The notes under the pieces are model-generated. The model saw only the letters and a program-made list of their open reading frames with translations, ran no database searches and was not told the origin of the DNA. This document shows positions 11,119-23,200 of a DNA stretch of 64,000 bases, one piece after another (the first letter of the stretch is position 1; each line of letters opens with the position of its first letter). The position numbers and the translations under genes are program-made. The stretch comes from an uncultured Alphaproteobacteria bacterium (lineage in GTDB: Bacteria > Pseudomonadota > Alphaproteobacteria > Acetobacterales > Acetobacteraceae): the NCBI GenBank assembly GCA_963759425.1, contig CAVWZM010000036.1, forward strand, positions 2,060 through 66,059, written 5' to 3'.

Positions 11119-11705
11119 GCACAAGCATCTTCCCTGAGGCCGGATTTTACGGCAAGCTACCGAGCCGCGGCGACTTTGTGCGCGCCGGCCTGCCCACGGA
11201 CTTCGTTGCGGCATGGGACGTTTGGTGCCAACGCATGATGGCGGAAAGTCGAACCGCACTGGGTGAGGCGTGGGAGGCGGCGTGGCTACAAGCGCCGGTC
11301 TGGCGATTCGCGTTGCCGCCCGGAGGCTGCGGTGACGGCGCCGCCCTGGGTGTCTGGCTGCCGAGTGTGGACGGCGTCGGCCGTTATTTCCCGCTGACGA
11401 TCGCCCTGGTCGCGCGCTGTTCGCTGACGGAACTCGCGGCGCAGGGCGGCCGCTTCCTTGACCACGCGGAGCAAGCTGGGCGGGACGCGCTGGAACTTAA
11501 TCTCGGCCCCGACGAACTTGCGCGCCGTGCCGTTGACTCGCTGCGGATCGAGTCCGCCCCTGACGAGGGCTGCGTGGCTGGGTGGTGGACCGAGGGCGCC
11601 CCGGATGTTGCCCCTGCCTGTTACAGTTTCAGCGGTCTGCCGGATGCAGCATTCTCTGTCCGCATGCTTGCCGATACCGAGCCCGAGCCCGAGCCCGAGC
11701 CATGA
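11115..11705 (+). CDS. tagF: T6SS negative regulator TagF
   Basis: GFYGKLPSRGDFV, APVWRF, PSVDGVGRYFPL. Confidence 0.93.
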   Translation: MSTSIFPEAGFYGKLPSRGDFVRAGLPTDFVAAWDVWCQRMMAESRTALGEAWEAAWLQAPVWRFALPPGGCGDGAALGVWLPSVDGVGRYFPLTIALVARCSLTELAAQGGRFLDHAEQAGRDALELNLGPDELARRAVDSLRIESAPDEGCVAGWWTEGAPDVAPACYSFSGLPDAAFSVRMLADTEPEPEPEP

Positions 11706-12494
11706 ACGGTGACGGCATCCAGCGTGATACGGCGTGCTCGGGGCGGTTCCGCTCCACCGCCGCGACCCATGCCGGGACGGTCCGCCCGTCCAATCAGGAT
11801 GGCTTCGTCAACCGGCCAGATCTCGGCCTGTGGGCCGTCGCCGACGGCGCGGGTGGGCACGAGGCCGGCGAGGTCGCGTCCTGGCTGGTGGTCGCGGCCT
11901 TGGATGCCATTCCGCCCGAACTGCCACCGGCCGAGCTGCTGGCCGAGGTCAAGTTGCGCCTGGAGACAGCGCACAAGAATTTGCGGGAGGAGGCGGCCCG
12001 GCGCGGACCTGGCGCGCTGATCGCCACCACCGTTGTCGTTTTGCTCGCGCACGAAGATTATTTCGCCTGCCTTTGGGCGGGAGATTCCCGCGCCTACCTG
12101 CTGCGGGACGGTGTGCTGCTGCAGGTTACCCACGACCACAGCCTGGTGCAGGATCTGGTTGACTCCGGTGCCATTACCGAAGCGGCGGCCGAGAACCACC
12201 CGCACGCGAATGTCGTCACTCGCGCCCTGGGCGCCGATCTGGAGGAATTCAGTCTGGACAAGCAACTGGGCGGACTTATGCCCGGGGACCGGTTGTTGGT
12301 TTGCAGCGACGGCGTCACCAAGGGTACTCGGGGAGGCGGAGATCGCCGCTCTTCTTGGCGCGGGCGAGGAGGCCGGTGCGGACCGCCTGATCGTGGCGGC
12401 GCTGGATCAGCAGGCGCGTGACAACGTGACCGCGGTGACGGTGCAGGTGGATCTACCGGCGGCAAGTATTGGGGTGTCACCCGGCACGGAGTGA
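11702..12494 (+). CDS. pppA: PP2C-family Ser/Thr phosphatase PppA (frameshift near 12322)
   Basis: NQD, VADGAGGH, WAGDSRAY, HDHS, CSDG and RDNVT motifs; ATGA overlap with tagF. Confidence 0.9.
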
Positions 12495-12611
12495 TCGACG
12501 AGTGCTGGACTATACCAGCAGCCAGAAGGCTGACTGGTGTAGGCTCGGGGTTTGTGGGGCGAGCGCTGCAACGCAGAGCGGGTCAGGGCCCCGAGCGCGG
12601 CTTCGGGTGGC

Positions 12612-12735
12612 TGGTACTAGTACCACAGCTCACTCATTTATTTAGCAGATAGCAAGGATTCTGCCGGGCGCGCGGCTTGACGGCCATGAGCCGTTTCTAC
12701 CTTGTGTTGACAGACATGCGCCGGACATTTACTCA
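12612..12735 (+). promoter_or_regulatory. Putative promoter/operator region of the TpsB operon
   Basis: Perfect 14-bp palindrome TGGTACTAGTACCA (12612-12625); TTGACA-17 nt-TACTCA (12707-12735). Confidence 0.4.
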
Positions 12736-12916
12736 AGTAACGTCCGCGACTACCTCGGCAGCCTCGACAGCAGGCGTGGGGCTTCTGCGGGCGACCAATC
12801 TTTTCGACCATTCAGGCAACGAATTGAAGCATCTCGGCAGCATCGGACCAGCCTGGAAGGGTGCCTGTCCGGTTCGAGACAAGTGCGACAAAGTATAGCT
12901 CGGGAGACGAGCAGAC

Positions 12917-14697
12917 GTGGGAGCGTTTCGACCAGGGTCAAGGGTGCGACTTCGGCAGCACGACCCGTGCTGGCACCTTGCCGCGCTGTTTGCGCTGCTG
13001 GCATTCCCCGCGGCGGCACAGGTGGTACCTGGGTTGCCGCAGCCGCCCTCAATTCTGCAGCAGGTCCCGCAAGGGTCTCCAATACCTCGCATTCTGCCTT
13101 CCGAGCCGCCGTCGACCATCCCCGGTCCGGCCGTTCCGAGGCTGCCGCCGAGTGCTGAGGCGCCGAACCAGACCGTGCGCGTGACGAATGTTTCCATCGA
13201 CGGTGTCACCGCTTTCCCGCTCCAGGAGTTGCAGCGCAACATCGAGGGTTTGACAGGACCGGACGTGCCGCTGGCGCGGATCGAGGCAGCGCGCCAGTCT
13301 GTTCTGAGTCAGTACAGGACCGAGGGGTTTGTGCTGGTCACGGTTTCCGCCAAAGTGGACGCTGCGGGGCGGCTGCTTTTCGTGGTGACGGAAGGCCGTA
13401 TCGCCAGCGTGAAGCTCGACGGCGACATCGGGCCGGCGGGAACCCAGGTACTGCGCTTCTTGAACCGGCTGACCGAGCAGCAACCGATCAAATCCGCCAC
13501 GCTGGAGCGCTTCCTGCTGCTGGCACAGGACGTCCCCGGCATCACCCTGCGCGCAGTGCTTGAACCGTCGTCGGACGAACCAGGGGCGCTCAACCTGATC
13601 GCCAAGGTCAGTCGCAAGGCGGTGTCCGGCCTTGTCACCTTCGACAACCGGGCGTTCTATCAGACCGGTCCGGTCGAAGGCCTGGGCGTGCTAGACCTCA
13701 ACAGCTTCACCGAATTCGGCGAAAAGACAGAATTTTCGTGACCATCAGACCTTCCCAAACACCCAGAACTTCGGCCAGGTCTCATCGGAGTTCTTCACCG
13801 GCGCCTCAGGACTGAAGATGCGGCTCTATGCCGGCGCGCGGCCTCGCGGTGCCGCAGGGAAACGGCACCAACGGGCTGCAACTGATCGACTATAACGGCA
13901 CCACAACGGTGTTCGGCGGCTCGGCGTCCTATCCGGTCATCCGGTCACGGCAACAAACGCTGAATGTCACGCTGAATTCGACATGCTGAGTTTGAGATCG
14001 ACGTCAACGCCGGCACCCCTACGCGGGCAACCACTCCCTGCGCGTCGTCAGACTTGGCGAAGACTACGCACTGTCCGACCTGTGGGCCGGAACCACGCGA
14101 CCCGCCACCAACGCGATACTGTTCCGGGTAAGCAAGGGTCTATCGGCGCTGGGCGCCAGCTCGAACGGCAATCAGGATGCTCCCCGCCGGTCGGAACAGA
14201 TCGATTTCAGCAAGCTCAGCGGCGAGGTCAGCCGGACGCAAACGCTGTTTCTCCGTGGCCGGGCGCCAGCGTGGCGCTGATGGCGTTGCTGACCGGTCAA
14301 TGGAGCGACGATGTTCTGCCGCCAGCCGAACAATTCTATCTTGGCGGCTCGCGTTTCACCCGCGGTTACTATTCGGGCAGGTCCCCGGCGACAAGGCGCT
14401 GGCCGCCACGGCGGAACTGCAATTGAACACCACCATCGACCTGTCCTGATTGGCAGCCGCGGCGATGTCGCAGCCAGTTCTATCTGTTCTACGACTGGGG
14501 TGAGGTCCTGGCAGAACCAGTCGATCGGATTTCCGGCGCGCATGGCCTCGGCGGGCGGCGGCGTTCGTATGCGGGTCACAAGCTACGTCGAAGTCGACTT
14601 CGAGGCCCGGCCCGTTTCAACCAAACGCCCGCCGCCGGCGAGGCAGTCGGACATGAACGGTATCGGACTCTTCTGGCGTGTCGTGGGCCGTTTCTGA
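12917..14697 (+). CDS. Two-partner secretion transporter TpsB (ShlB/FhaC/HecB family), several frameshifts
   Basis: Signal peptide; POTRA segments VRVTNVSIDGVTAF, YRTEGF, VTEGRI, LERFLLLAQDVPG; EQFYLGGSRFTRGY motif; terminal Phe (WRVVGRF*). Confidence 0.88.
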
Positions 14698-14775
14698 TAA
14701 GACCACCGCATCGAGCCATCGTCGTTCGGCCTTGCCAGGCTTGATTGGACAACGCGGATGGGGGACAGCGAGCTG

Positions 14776-17700
14776 ATGGCCAGAGCGCGCAAGCAAGGCA
14801 GGGTTCGCCTGATCGGCGTCGCGCGCCGCACCCGTCGGCGCTGCATGGTCAGCACCGCGCTGCAGGCGGCCGTCGCCCTGGTGCTGGCGTTCCCGCCGGC
14901 GCGCAGCCGGCACCGAACGCGCGGCCGACAGGCGGCGTCGTGGTCGGCGGCGTCGCCGCGATCAGCCGGTCGCCCAACAACACCGCGATCGATCAGGCCT
15001 CGCAGCGCGCGGCGATCGACTGGCGCGGTTTCGACATCGGATCGAAACAATCGGTTACGTTTCGACAACCCAACGCCCAGGCGATCGCGCTGAACACGGT
15101 GACCGGCGGCAACCCGTCGCGGATCGCCGGAAGCATCAACGCGAACGGCCAGGTCGTGCTGGTCAACCAATCGGGCGTGACGTTTTATAAAGGCTCGCAG
15201 GTCAACACCGCCGGGCTGATGGTCTCGGCGGCCGCACCAACACCGCGCAATTCATGGCCGGCGGCAAGATCGCCTTCGACCGCCCCGGCAATCCAAACGC
15301 ACGCATCGTCAATAACGGTAACATAACGATCAGCGGCGCCGGGCTCGCCGCGCTGGTGGCGCCGGGCGTCGCCAACGCGGGTGTCATCGACGCCCAACTC
15401 GGTCACGTCGTGCTGGCGGGCGCGAAGACGGCGACGCTCGATCTTTACGGCGACAAACTGTGTGAGACGTGACGTCACCGGTGCGCGGCGACCGCGGCAC
15501 CGGGGGGCGGCGAGGCGCTGGTGACCAACACCGGCGTCGTGCGCGCCGATGGCGGAACGGTTCGGCTGACCGCGCGCGCGGTCGATGGGGTGGTGCAACC
15601 TGGTTCGGCGGGCGGCACGATCCAGCGCGGCGACGGTGGGGAGCAAGGCCGGGACGATCGCGCTGAACGGGGTCGGCGGCTCAATCGTGGTCGAGGGCCA
15701 GCTTCCGCGCCAGGGCTGGCGCCGGGCACGCGCGGAGGAAACATCGAGGTCGCCGGGCGGGATTTTGTCCTGATCGCGTCGGGGGCGAAGCTGAACGCGT
15801 CGGGGAAGGCCGGGGGTGGAACGATCGCCGTGGGGACCTCATTGGCGAGGGCGCGGACCCAGACCGGCAAGGCGGGCTTCCCCGCCGGCACCTCGCAGCA
15901 GGTGGTGGTCGCGAATGGCGCGACGATCAGTGCCGATGGGCTTGGCACAGGCAGCGGTGGTCAGGTGGCGGTGCTGTCGGCACAGAGCACACAGGCCGGA
16001 GGTTTGATAACGGCACTGGGCGGGCCGCAGGGAGGTGACGGCGGGCAGATCGAGATTTCCGGCGGCAACGGGCTTTCGATCACCGCCGGCGTGGATACCA
16101 CCGCGCCGAAGGGACTGATGGGGACGCTGCTGATCGATCCAACCGATTTGCTGATTGGCTTCTCGGACACGAACAGTCCAATTTCTCAGCCAAGCGAGGG
16201 AGGCGGCGGTGCGCCGGCTACCGGCACGCAGAACATCAGTGCCCAGACGTTCAACAGCTTTCGAGATAACATTACACTGAGCGCTGACAATGCGATCGAA
16301 CTCGGAGGAGGCACCGCGCTCATCCCGGTTGCAGATGTACATCTTACGGCTAATGCAATTGTCGTCGGGGTGGACCTGCGGCCGCTTGGTGTGGTGACGC
16401 TTACCGGCGGGTCGGCCGCTGGCAACGTCACACTGGTCACCCCCAATCCGCTGCCAGTCGTGCCAACCGGAGTTACCGTGAACCGGAATGTCACCGTGGC
16501 AGGTATCTCGATCGCGTTGTCAGGCAACTCGCTTAACATAAACGGCGCGCTCGCTGCCAACCAGGGTGACGGTCTCGGTCCGGTGACCCTCACGGCGACG
16601 GGCGGCATCGCGAGCACCGGCGGGATCATCGCCAGCAACTTGACCGGCAGCGCCGGCGGTGATGCCCGTTCTACTGGTGCAACGCGATCTCTTTCCTGGG
16701 TCCATTCGCTGCAACCGGCGCATTGACGCTGACTAACGGCGCTCCGCTGACCGTGGACGGCGCAGTCCAGGCGGCTTCGATAACGTTGCAATCACCGCCG
16801 GGCATCGCGCTTGGGACGACGTCAGGCGGGACGGATTTGACCGACGGCACTTTGACGACCGTGCCGAACGGTGGCCGAATTTCGCTCGTGACCGACACAC
16901 TCGAGGTGCTTACGGCAGCGAGCAAAATGATACGCGCCCGGCGGCACCGTGGAACTTGCGCCGGTAACCCCAGGGACGCCTGTGAGCGTATCGCAGACCT
17001 TTGCAGCCAGTCCGCCGATCCCGGCCAGTGTCCTCGCCTCGGCAACTGATCTGTCGATTTCATCCAGTGTTCTCGCCGCCATTGTCCCAGCCGGGCAACA
17101 GCCGGTGGCCAACACACTGCGCATTGGCCTGCTCACCCCTCATTTCACGCCTCGCGCTGGCAGCATCGCCTTCGCCGGTCCGACCAATTTCACCGGTCTG
17201 GCGACCATTGTCAAGTGGACACCACTGGTCCGATCACCCAAACCGGTGGCTCTACGGTGACCGCACCGACGCTCACCGGGCGGGCCGGGTCAGTCCTTCT
17301 CACCGAACCGACGAATGCGATCGCGACTCTCGGCAACTTCAGCGTGGCCTCAGCAGGGGCATTCGGCCTAGTCGACACGGGCACCTTGACGGTCAGCGGC
17401 ATACTCAGCGCGCCCGGGATCAGTCTGCGCTCCGACAGCATCGCCATCCCTGGCACGGTGACAGACGGCGGCGCCGGCACGGTGAGCCTGACCGCGTCAA
17501 CTGGCGGCATTACCGAAACCGGGACGTTAATCGCCGGCACCTTGTCGGGCGGCGCGGCGACCAACGTGAGCCTGACCGGCGCAACCGCAACGACCAATCA
17601 GATCGCCAGGCTCGGCAATTTCGACGCGACCTCCACTTTCTCCCTGAACGATGGAGCGAGCTTGTTGGTCACCGGCCCTGCGGTCGGCGGCAGAACCAAT

Positions 17701-20199
17701 CTTACCATCGCCGATAACGGGTCACTGACAATCGACGGCAGCGCGAACCAGGGATCAATTCTCAGCCTGCCCGCCCAGACCAACCTGCTGCAGGCGACCG
17801 GCGGTATCTCGATCAATCCGTCGACCATCCTGACCCTGGCGCTCGACCCAACTCTGACGATGACGACGCAGACGGGGGACATCACCCTGCGCCTTGGTTC
17901 GCCGATCAACGTGGGCGTCGCCGGTGTCGGCGCCATCACCATGCGCGCCGGTGTCGGCGGCACCTCCAGCGCACAGATCAATCTGAACAGCGGCGTCAGC
18001 GCCGGCAGAGATGAGTTCACCTCCCAGCCGCTCGGCTCGATAACGCTGCAGGCGGCGGCGGGATAAATCTGAACGCGGCGCCCCTGGTGGCGGCAACCGT
18101 CGATCTGAGCAATCTGTCCGCAGGCGGCATAACCCAGACCGGCGCCGGCATCACAACAAACACCTTACAAAGCGCGCTCGGGGTCGCCGGCCCGGTCAGC
18201 CTTTCGGGCAGCAACACAATCGCCAACATCGGCAATTTCCAGGTCGCCGGCGGTTCGTTCGCCTTGAATGACACGGGACCGCTGTCGGTCAACGGCATAC
18301 TCAGTGCGCCGGCGATCAGCCTGGCCTCCGACAGCATCGCCGTCCCCGGCATGGTAACAGACGGGGGCAACGGCTCGGTAAATCTGAGAGCGATAAGCGG
18401 CGGCATTTCGGAGACCGGGACATTGATCCCGGCGCGCTGTCAGGCAGTGCTGCGACTGGCGCAGCGTTCACGGGTGCGACGCCGACAAGCAATCAGATCG
18501 CCATCTTGGCGGGCTTCAGCGCCACCACGGGCTTCACCCTGAATGATGCGTCCGGGCTGTCGGTCACCGGGCCGATCAACGGCGGCAGCAGCGCCACCAT
18601 CGTCGCCGGAGGGCCACTGACCATCGGCGGCAGCATCAGCGCGACGCAGATCGCCCTCGCCGGAAGCGACGTCGCGATTCCCGGTGTGGTAACAGACGGC
18701 GGCGGCGGCGCGACGAGCCTGATCGCCACCACCGGCGGGATCGCCGAGACCGGCACGCTGGTTGCCGGCAACCTGTCGGTCAGCGCTCCCGGGGCCGTCA
18801 GCCTGACTGGCACGTTCCAAGACACCAACCAGATCGAGTTCCTCGGACCGGTGTCCACGGCCGGCGACCTCAGTGTGAATGACGGCGCGGTTCTGACCGT
18901 CGTCGGCACCGTCAATGCCGCCTCGATAACGTTGCAGTCAGGCCCGGGCATATCACTCGGGTTCGGCGTCGTCGGCGACGCGGTGCAGGCGATCTGGCGG
19001 TGCCGAACGGCGACGGATATCGCTGGTGACCGACACATTAAATGTGCTCACCCCCGGCAGCATCAGCGCACCCGGGGCACGGTGGAACTGGTGCCGTTCA
19101 CAATCGGCGCGCCGGTGACCGTCGGACAGGCGACAGCGTCCGACCTGACGATCACGCCCGATGCGCTCGCCGGCATCAGTCCGGCCACCGGCACGTGCGT
19201 ATCGGCCTCCTCACAGGCGAGACGACCCGCGGGCAGGCAGCATCAATTTCGCCGCGGCGACCGACCTCACCGGGGTCGCGAGGACCGTCGAGCTGGATAC
19301 CACCGGCACCATCACCCAGGCCGCCGGCGCGACCGTGACCGCGACGACGCTCACCGGTCAGGCGGGGCAGTCGGTCACGCTGACAGAGCCGAACCAGATC
19401 GCCAGCCTGGGCGGCTTCACCGTGGGCTCCGGCGCCTTCGCGCTACCGACAATCAGCCCTTGGACGTCGATGGGCTGCTTCCGGCACCCGATCTGCAGGT
19501 CTCGGCGATCGGCCAGATCATGCTCAATGGGAACATCCAGACGACCGGGGCGCCGCCCATCGCCCGAAGCGGCCCGCGCCAGCTGCCGTCACGTAGCTTT
19601 CTGACGGCGCAGCCAAACGGGTCCGGCGCGGCGAGCCTGGTGCAAAACGGCATCACCAGCGTCGAGGGTCTGGGTGGCGATACGGCCGATCCTGGTGCTG
19701 CAAGTTCCCCCCACGGGCGGGAGCATAAGCTTCAACGACCTGAGGGCCGCCCACCGCAAATCTGGTGCTCGGGCTCGGTGACGGCAGCGCGACCGGTGTT
19801 ATTCGGGTTGGTGGCCTGCTGGTCCTTGGGACGGGAGGTTCCGCCACCTTGGTGGGTAGCGTGGCGGGCAATAATGGGCCGGGCGCGGCGCAGCTCGCGG
19901 CGATCCAGCCGGCGCCCAGTCTGACCCACACGTTCAACAACTGCGAAATCGGGACGACGGTCTGCACCGGCCCGATCATCATCGTGCCGCCCACCACCCC
20001 GCCGATCACCCTGACCGATAACGTACAGACCTCGGTGCTCGGCGGCCTGGAGTATTTCGGGTTCGTGCCGACCGGACTTCCGCCCGTGGCCGCCCTGCCA
20101 CATCTGGAGTTCCTCGCATTGCCGAGCCTGGCGGCGCCGCGACGGCAGTTGACCGATCCGGATGTGGTGCCGCCCAACGTTTCTGTCCGGGATTACTGA
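14776..20199 (+). CDS. Filamentous-haemagglutinin-like TpsA exoprotein of roughly 1800 codons, split by many indels
   Basis: TPS domain PTGGVVVGG...IDWRGFDIG...VTFRQP...NTVTGGNPSRIAGSINANGQVVLVNQSG; GTLLIDP motif; Gly/Thr/Ala beta-helix repeats in consecutive ORF fragments; directly after TpsB. Confidence 0.85.
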
Positions 20200-20201
20200 C
20201 C

Positions 20202-23200
20202 ATGGACCGATTGACCGGCGCCTTGCCGATCCTGTGCGCTCTGGTGGTGGGCATGCTTGCCGGCTGCGCCAAGCCGCCAGCGGGCGCCTATGTCAGCGCG
20301 CCGGGCGCCGCCTCTTCGGGTGAGGCTGTAAGTCTGGGCCAGAACGCCAGCGGCGAAGCGTGCAGCCAGTTGCAGGGTAGCGCGCCCGGCCTGGTGAACA
20401 TCTACTGCGGCGACTGGAAACAGCCCGCCGCCAGAGTCCGCGCCGGTGGTCCGGGTTCGCCCGGCGCTCTGTCCGGGATCGCGACGTCCGGCGACTGGCG
20501 CTCCGGCCTGGATCTTCGTTACGCCTGCGCTGGGCCCACCCCGACATCGATACTCGGCAACGAGCCGGCGGTTCTGCTCCACTGCACCCGCCGGGTCGGT
20601 GGGTGGCGGCAAATCGCCCTGGTCGCCGATGTCGGCGGGCAGATCTGGCTGGCGGACGGCATCCTGCCGGCACTCCCCGTGATGGAGCGCTCGATCGGCC
20701 TTCTATCGGGCCGCGTCAAACCGGATGCTGCAACGCTGCCCCGGTCGGCGGCGGACACGCTGATGGCCAATGAACTGGCGGCGCACGCCTTCAGTGCCGG
20801 CGATGTCGGACAGTACGAACAGGCCATGGCGCTGGGGGCGCGGGCGAACCTGGCGGAGAATTTCGCCGCTGCCGAGGTCGCCTATCGCGCCGCCCTTGTG
20901 TTGCAGCAAAAGGCGCTGGGACGAGACAATCCGGACACGGTCAACGCGCTGATGCATCTGGCGCTGCAGGCCTCCAACCAGGGCCATTTCGCCACCGCCG
21001 ACATTCTGTTTCGCCAGGCCGGCACTCTGGCACCACGTGCCAACGACCGCGCGGCCTCGGCCAGGCTGCTGCACTATCGCGCGCTCGACGCGGCCAACCG
21101 AGGCCACGATGACGCGGCGCTTGCGCTGCTTGCCCAGGCGGAGCAGGCGTACGAGGCGCTGCTGCCGCCGGACATTCTTATCAGCGGCCAGCCCGGCGCA
21201 CGGCTTGCGTCCACCGCGGGCGGCGGGTTTCCCGACCGGCGCCTGATGGTTGATCCCGGTCTGCAATCGGCGATGATGGGCGTGATCGAAGTGCGACGCT
21301 ACCGCGCGATCGTGCTGCGGTCCGAGGGGCTGACGGCGGAAAGCGAGGCGTCGATCGCATCCGCCCGGGCGCTGGCGCAGGCGAACGGCATGGTCATGCC
21401 GCTGGTGTCCGCGCGTCTGTCGCGAACCTCGGGCACCACCGCCGTCGCGGCCGGCGACCTGACCGGCGGCGATGCCGACCTGACGCATTCGGAAACGAAT
21501 TTCGGCGAGGTCCTGCCGCATACCAGGCCGCTGGCGCAGACCGCCCTGCTCCGGGCCGGGGATGCGGTGCGCCAGGGGAAGACCCGCAGCGCACTGGCGT
21601 TGTGCGAGACCGGCACGACCTTGCTGCGCGACCTGCCGGCGGGTTCCGACCCGGCACTATTGTCGCCATGCCTGTCGGCGTACGCGGCCGAGGCGAAGCG
21701 CCACCCTGGCGAGGGACAGTCGCTGTTCGCGAAGATGTTCGAGACCGCCGAACTGATGCAGGACAGTGTCACCAGCCGCCAGATCACCGAGGCGGCGGCT
21801 CGGCTTGCGGCAGCTTCGCGTGATCCAAAGGTTTCCGAGGCGATCCGGCGCCGGCAGGATGCGACCGAGAACCTGGCGGAACTTTACCGTGCTCGAGATG
21901 CGTTGTCGCAGCCGCCTCCGCCGGGTTCTCCCGCGGTCGGGGTGACGGAGCGCAATCCGGCGGCGTTGGACAAGCTGATTGCCGCGGCCCAGACCGATCT
22001 GGCGGACGCCGACGCGGCGCTGCAGGAGGCGGCACCGAATTACGGGCAACTGGTGCAGGAGGTGGTGCCGGCGGCAGCGGTGCTTGCCGCGCTGGCTCCA
22101 GGTGAGGCGTTCCTGTCGGTAACCCTGAGCGACGACGGCGCGTGGGTGTTCCTGTTGCGGAACGGAACGATTACCGCATCCGCGATCGATACCGACGTGA
22201 AACGGATGGCCGCGCTGGTGCAGCGGGTCCGTGCCAGCGTTCAGCCCGGTGCGGCTGGAGTGCCGGCGTTCGATACGGAGGCGGCGCAGGCGATCTATCG
22301 GACTATACTGGAGCCGGTGTCGGCGCCGCTGGCGGGCACGACGTCACTGGTGGTGGCACCGTTCGGGCCGCTGCTGTCCATGCCGTTCGGGTTGCTGTTG
22401 ACCGGTCCGGCTGATCCCACGCATCTGTCAGACGCGCCATGGCTGATCCGCCGGATGACCGTGGCCCACGTGCCGGCCGCCACGAACTTCGTTTCGTTAC
22501 GTCGGACCGCGGGCAATTCCCGCGCGAGCAATCCGTGGTTTGGCTTCGGCGGCTTCAAACCCGTTACGCTGGCGCAGGCGGAGCAGACGTTTCCACCCTC
22601 GGCCTGTGGCGACAGCGCCCGATTGTTCGCCGGCCTGCCGAGGCTGCCTTACGCGGATCGGGAGTTGGAGGCGGCGCGGCAAATCCTCGGCGCGCCACGC
22701 TCCGATACGATGCTGGGACCGGCCTTCACCGCGCCCAACGTGCTGCGGGCCCGCCTGAAGGACTATCGCATCCTGCACTTCACCGCCCATGCGCTGTTGC
22801 CGACAGATCTGCGCTGTCAGAGCGAACCCGCGATCGTTACGTCTGATCCGGCGGGAGCCCGCGATGCCGCGGGGGCGTTGCTGACGGCCAGCGCGGTCGT
22901 CGGGCTGGACCTCGATGCGAACGCGATCATCCTATCCGCCTGCAATTCCGGCGGCCCGAATGAGCGCACCGCGGGTGACAGCCTTTCGGGACTGGCGCGG
23001 GCTTTCTTCTACGCCGGCGCCAGGGCCATGCTGGTGACGCATTGGTCGATCAGCGACGAATCGTCGGCCTATCTCGTGGTGGATACCTTGCGCCGTTACG
23101 CCGAGGGCAAATCCGGCGGGCTTGCCCTGGCTCTGGCGGGCACGCAACGAAATATCCTCGATGAAGCTGGCAAGAGCCTTCCGGCTAAACTTGCGCATCC

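Noticed and set aside
12917-20199. TpsB/TpsA as a CDI toxin system or as a pseudogene
   Set aside because: No toxin C-terminal domain or immunity gene; fragmentation matches the window-wide indel pattern.
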